This document shows positions 60,401 through 64,000 of a DNA stretch of 64,000 bases, in pieces. The notes below the pieces were generated by a model. That model was not told the origin of the DNA and ran no database searches. It worked only from the letters and a program-made list of their open reading frames with translations. Every line of letters begins with the position of its first letter. Positions within the stretch are counted from its first letter, which is position 1. The position numbers and the translations under genes were made by a program. This stretch comes from Cyanophora paradoxa CCMP329 (Eukaryota; Plantae; Glaucophyta), in assembly GCA_004431415.1 (NCBI GenBank), contig QPMI01000104.1, positions 186,001 through 250,000 on the forward strand. The letters run 5' to 3'.

Positions 60401-63400
60401 GAAGGCGGCGGATGCTGTATTCTGCATATGCAACAAGCTCAAGACGTGTAATTGCACGAATGTGATGAGGAATGAAAGCTCGCGCACCCGCGAGTACTGC
60501 AGAGCCGAGCGCCGAGCGACAGTGGTCGATTGGGAGGCTGGCCGGTAGCCGGTGCTCGCGAAAATTAGGTCGGCGATGGACGCGAAAGTCGAGAGGTCTG
60601 GGTCGAAGACGAAGGTCCCCGTCACGGTCCGCCCAAGCGGCAGGCCTGTTCAGAAAACGTCAGCAACAATGCGGGCGCGCGGAATAAACGCGGAAGCGGA
60701 CGCGTACCAAGGAAGACAAAGGCGACGTTAGCGTAGGTCTTGCCGCCGCTGGCCGACAAGTAGACGCCAGCAAGCAGCGAGGCCCGCGTCGGGTCGTTCA
60801 GTCCGAGCGTTTGCAGCAGCAGAGCGAACGTCTGCAGAATGTTCACGGGATGGCGTGAGCAGAAGAGGAGATCTAGAGGCGCTTAGGCTCACCGTCCGCT
60901 GGGACGCCGGGAGCGAGCCCGCAAACGTGTACTGAAGCTCAGCGACGTTGCGCGTCGTGCGCGGCTCCGGGGTGTCGGAGGCCTGCGCGGCGCCGTCCGC
61001 GGGACCGTCCTTCAGCACGACGGGCGCCACTTTGTACGCTGCGGAGATGCGCTGCACGAGCGCCGCCGCGTCGGCGACGACGGCCGGGTCGTAGTCGACG
61101 GCCTCGACAACGACCGCGTCCGCCTCCGCGTCCGGCACGGGAGTTGCCACTGGCGTTGGCAGCGGCGTTGGCAGCGGAGTCGGCGTCGACGTCGCGTTGG
61201 GAGCCGGCGGGCCGACGGAGAAGCGCTCTGAGACCGCGATCGTGCTCCCGCGCGCGTTCGTGAACTGGACGTAGGCGAGAGCAGCGGCCGTTGGTGAAGA
61301 GAAGGAGTAGGTGAGGGAGACTCCGTCGGGCGCGGGCGCCATAAGCAGCGTCGTCGACGCCGCAAGGACCTGGGGGACGTAGGCCTGCCCCTTTTCGACG
61401 TAGACCTGAGAAGCGCAATTCGAAAAGGATTAAATATTTCCACAAATACAGCATGCGAAAACAGCGCACCTCGATCTTGGCGTTCACGATAGAGACGAAG
61501 TCGTTCGTGTACGTGATTTGGATCAGGCCAGGCTCTGGCTCCGACGCCGTTATCGTGAACGCTGCAGGCGCTTCGTTAACGCACGCAACAAGTTGAAGCG
61601 GAAAAAGCTCGATCGCGAACCTTCGGTGGGGACAGTCGGCTGGACCTGAAGGTAAGCCTGGTAGCCCGTCTGCAGAGTCGGAGCTGTGCATGCGGGGATG
61701 CATCAGGATCGCTCAGCACGCGTACACATGCGCTTCGAGAGAAGCGCGGCGGACCGTAGTCGCTCAGGGCGATGGTGAAGTCCATGTTGCCGCCGTTGAG
61801 GGCGGGGATGTCACTGGCCGACTCGTTCACGAACCACTTTAGCGTCCTGCGTGGCGCGCCGCGGCGCTCAGCCGCGCACGGCGGAGCGGGCGGGGCGGGC
61901 CGGCGAGAGCATCAGGAGCACCGGGGCGAGCCGAAGGCGGAGACGCCCGGGGAGGTGTCGATGGAGACGTTGAACTCCTCGCGCGCGAAAACGCGCTTCG
62001 AGGCGTCGCGCTGGTCCAGCGAGAGGAGGGCGCTCCTCGAGAAGGCGTTCGCTCTGCCGCGCCAGCGCCATGAGAGGAGGCGGGCGAGAACGGTACGGGA
62101 CGGGACGGGGCGGGATGAGGGGGCGCACGTCCACTCCACAGCGAACTCGCCGCCGGGGTACACCTGACCCGTCGCGCCGGCGGAGAGCGGCGTCTGGGGA
62201 TTCGGCTGCGTGACCTGAAGCTTGGCTGCGCGGGCTGTCAGGCAAATCGTTGGCGCGGCAAACAGGTACGCGACGCACGAAGAGTGATCTGTGATGAGAG
62301 GGATTAGCCAGGACACGGGAGTGACGGAAAAGAGCGGGGCAAAGCGCACATCGACGCTGACGAAGTGCCAGGGGTACATGACGAAGAGCTCGTACTTGTA
62401 GGGCTCCTCGGGGGTAGAGCGGTCGATGAGCTCCGAGTCGTAGATCGCGTCCTCGGCGTCGATACCCTCCCGCCCGTTCAGGTTGGAGAGCTGCGCGGCC
62501 GTCAGATGGGAAACAGCGGAGTCGAATGGCTCGCTTGCCTCAAGGCTTTGGACGGTGACTTGAGCGAGGAGGTCGTACACGATGACCTTGGGGCGAGCGT
62601 TCCTCCAGCAGTCGTGGGTGCACACGAAGTCGCCGAAAACGAGATCCGAATCTTGACAGTTCGGATTGACCCCCGCGGCAGGGGTGGGGCTCGCTTGCGG
62701 GTGGAAGGCGTCGCCTTCAACAAAAGTCAGACTCTAAAGAAAGATGGCACATTCTTTTTAAGAGCATCTTCTGTCGCTCACTGAACAGGCACGTGGCTTT
62801 GCCCGACGCCAGAGCGATGAGAAAGTTGGGATTGCTGGTCGAGTAGACGACGTCGATTGCGTAGCCCGGAGGAAGGTTAACGTTAGGAAGCTGGCGGGGG
62901 TTCATCTCCATGAGCATAGCGATTGGATCCGTCCCGTTCATATTAGATTCAATCTCTGCAAAAGCAGCAGCCGTCAATACATGGGCGCGGAGATGCAAGG
63001 GTGCGCAAAGAAGAGGCACGCCATCCAAGTCGAGGTAGTACAAGCCATTGCGCGCGTCCGCGTCGCCGTAGCGCATGCCGAAGTACAGCTTGCGGCCGTT
63101 CGCAGAGAAGCCCATCTTCGAGACGCACCCGCTGTAGTTCCCGTTCCAACCTGCGGACGGGAACTCGCTCTGGTTCTTCGAAAGTTGCGAGGGCAGCGGA
63201 TGGCAGACCTCCAGCGACATAATCGAGCCGAAGATTGGTACCCGGGACATTCGAACTGAACACAAACGGTATGTCCTCTTTCAAATTGGAGTATCGGAGG
63301 AGCCGGTTAGCGAGATGAAGGCCCTGAAAAACCCGTCAGCGCGCCCCGGAAGCCGCAGTCGAGGCGGACAAGAATCAGCTGCAGCCATGGTCACCTCGCA

Positions 63401-64000
63401 TGAGTCGTTCCACCGGTACACCGGATAGCGCACTGTGCAGTGGTTAGAAAAGCTCCGAGCGGAACCCGATCGCGAGACAAGCGCACAGAAGTACATATAA
63501 GTTGCATTCACGTTGTCCGGCCACCTATGAAACGCGGTCAGCGACATTGACATCATCTGCGTCGTCATTGCACCTCAAAATCTGTGTGGTCGTCGTCTCG
63601 AGACCTTGCAGCGCAGGGCGTGAGCTGAAGATTGCGCGGATGAAGAGTCGACGGGTCACGAACCTTGAAAATCGATGTCCACGACACGTAAGTCGTTCAC
63701 CAAACCCAACTGATTCGGTTCAAAATTACGATTTCAGAAGCCATAAGTTAGACAGCAAACCCACATTAGACTCAAAGGCGAGATCCTCGAGCTTCAAATT
63801 GTTGACGTCGAGAGATGGCTGCCCGCCTCCCTCTCCCATCGAGGTGACGCCCGTGACTTCCACGACGAGCCCATAGCTGAGGCGGCTCCCCCCGAAGAAA
63901 GGTTCGCCGCCGGCAAAGAAAGTGTGAATTGGACTGTTTTCGCGTTAGAAGGTGCCCGAAATTTAAATGCTGTCAGTGACACTCACAAATTCGGATCCGT
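45500..64000 (-). CDS. Giant modular membrane receptor-like protein (5' end beyond window): beta-propeller/Kelch repeats, Ig-like repeats, PKD-like domain, VWA domain, ~7-pass TRP/GPCR-like membrane domain
   Basis: Kelch: PPARSAATLAAVGDATLLLYGG...DVWFFD...W and GRYGAASAVVGTVVYVFGG. Ig-like: VTLLSPT...LPVTW...GSVTW...PGRYFFRV. PKD-like: AGPAKEITL...FTW...GRSVFRLTVTDRLGQ. VWA: CNVAKDLVILLDASTS (DxSxS). Membrane region: AITVAVAVAVASGV, GIINQAQFIS, FWTAVIFIGV, VLWFPKPQITVLIIAYE, GLFFVFTISVIVW, IWDLLRKLASGLAVG, LQLGILIAING, QIVAIGIIF. Stop TAG at 45500-45502. Confidence 0.75.
49047..49299. repeat. Long intronic inverted repeat (arms ~107 bp, ~3 mismatches)
   Basis: AACAAACAAACAAAGGTTCAGACATGCTTAATGAAGG...GTGGCTCGCGCG is mirrored by its reverse complement ending at 49299. 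Confidence 0.9.
51694..51747. repeat. 24-bp inverted repeat (1 mismatch, 6-nt loop) in an intron, sharing its core with 4686-4735
   Basis: TAAGTAACTAATTAATGCGTTTTC / GAAAACGAATTAATTAGTTACTTA. Confidence 0.8.

Noticed and set aside
1-64000. tRNA/rRNA genes
   Set aside because: None recognised by eye; tRNAscan-SE or Infernal would be needed to exclude them.

Overview
GC-rich eukaryotic nuclear DNA with many short spliceosomal introns, an unusually large share of them GC-AG. Most entries in the supplied ORF track are therefore exon+intron read-throughs or antisense shadows. The style suggests an alga or protist (glaucophyte-like is only a guess). All gene models below were spliced by eye and internal exon boundaries are approximate. 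Left to right: (1) the AP-endonuclease end of a LINE on the - strand, running off the window; (2) a decaying SAM-type mitochondrial carrier gene with a second antisense poly(A)/18-bp-TSD retroposon in an intron; (3) a large secreted LamG + multi-FN3 surface protein with RxLL motifs and a GPI-like tail, carrying a young non-autonomous LTR element in one intron; (4) a full-size PDR-type ABCG transporter; (5) an unknown large protein with a possible aerolysin/natterin-like core, a coiled coil and a ricin-B-like lectin end; (6) an F-box/LRR gene; (7) three tandem TIMP/NTR-like (Cys-Ser-Cys N-terminus) secreted protein genes, the middle one a recombinant chimera; (8) a giant (>18 kb, 5'-truncated) - strand receptor-like gene with beta-propeller/Kelch, Ig-like, PKD and VWA modules and a multi-pass membrane domain. 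The best candidates for undescribed biology are the TIMP-like array in an apparently non-animal genome, the putative pore-former/lectin, the giant receptor and the high GC-AG splicing rate.
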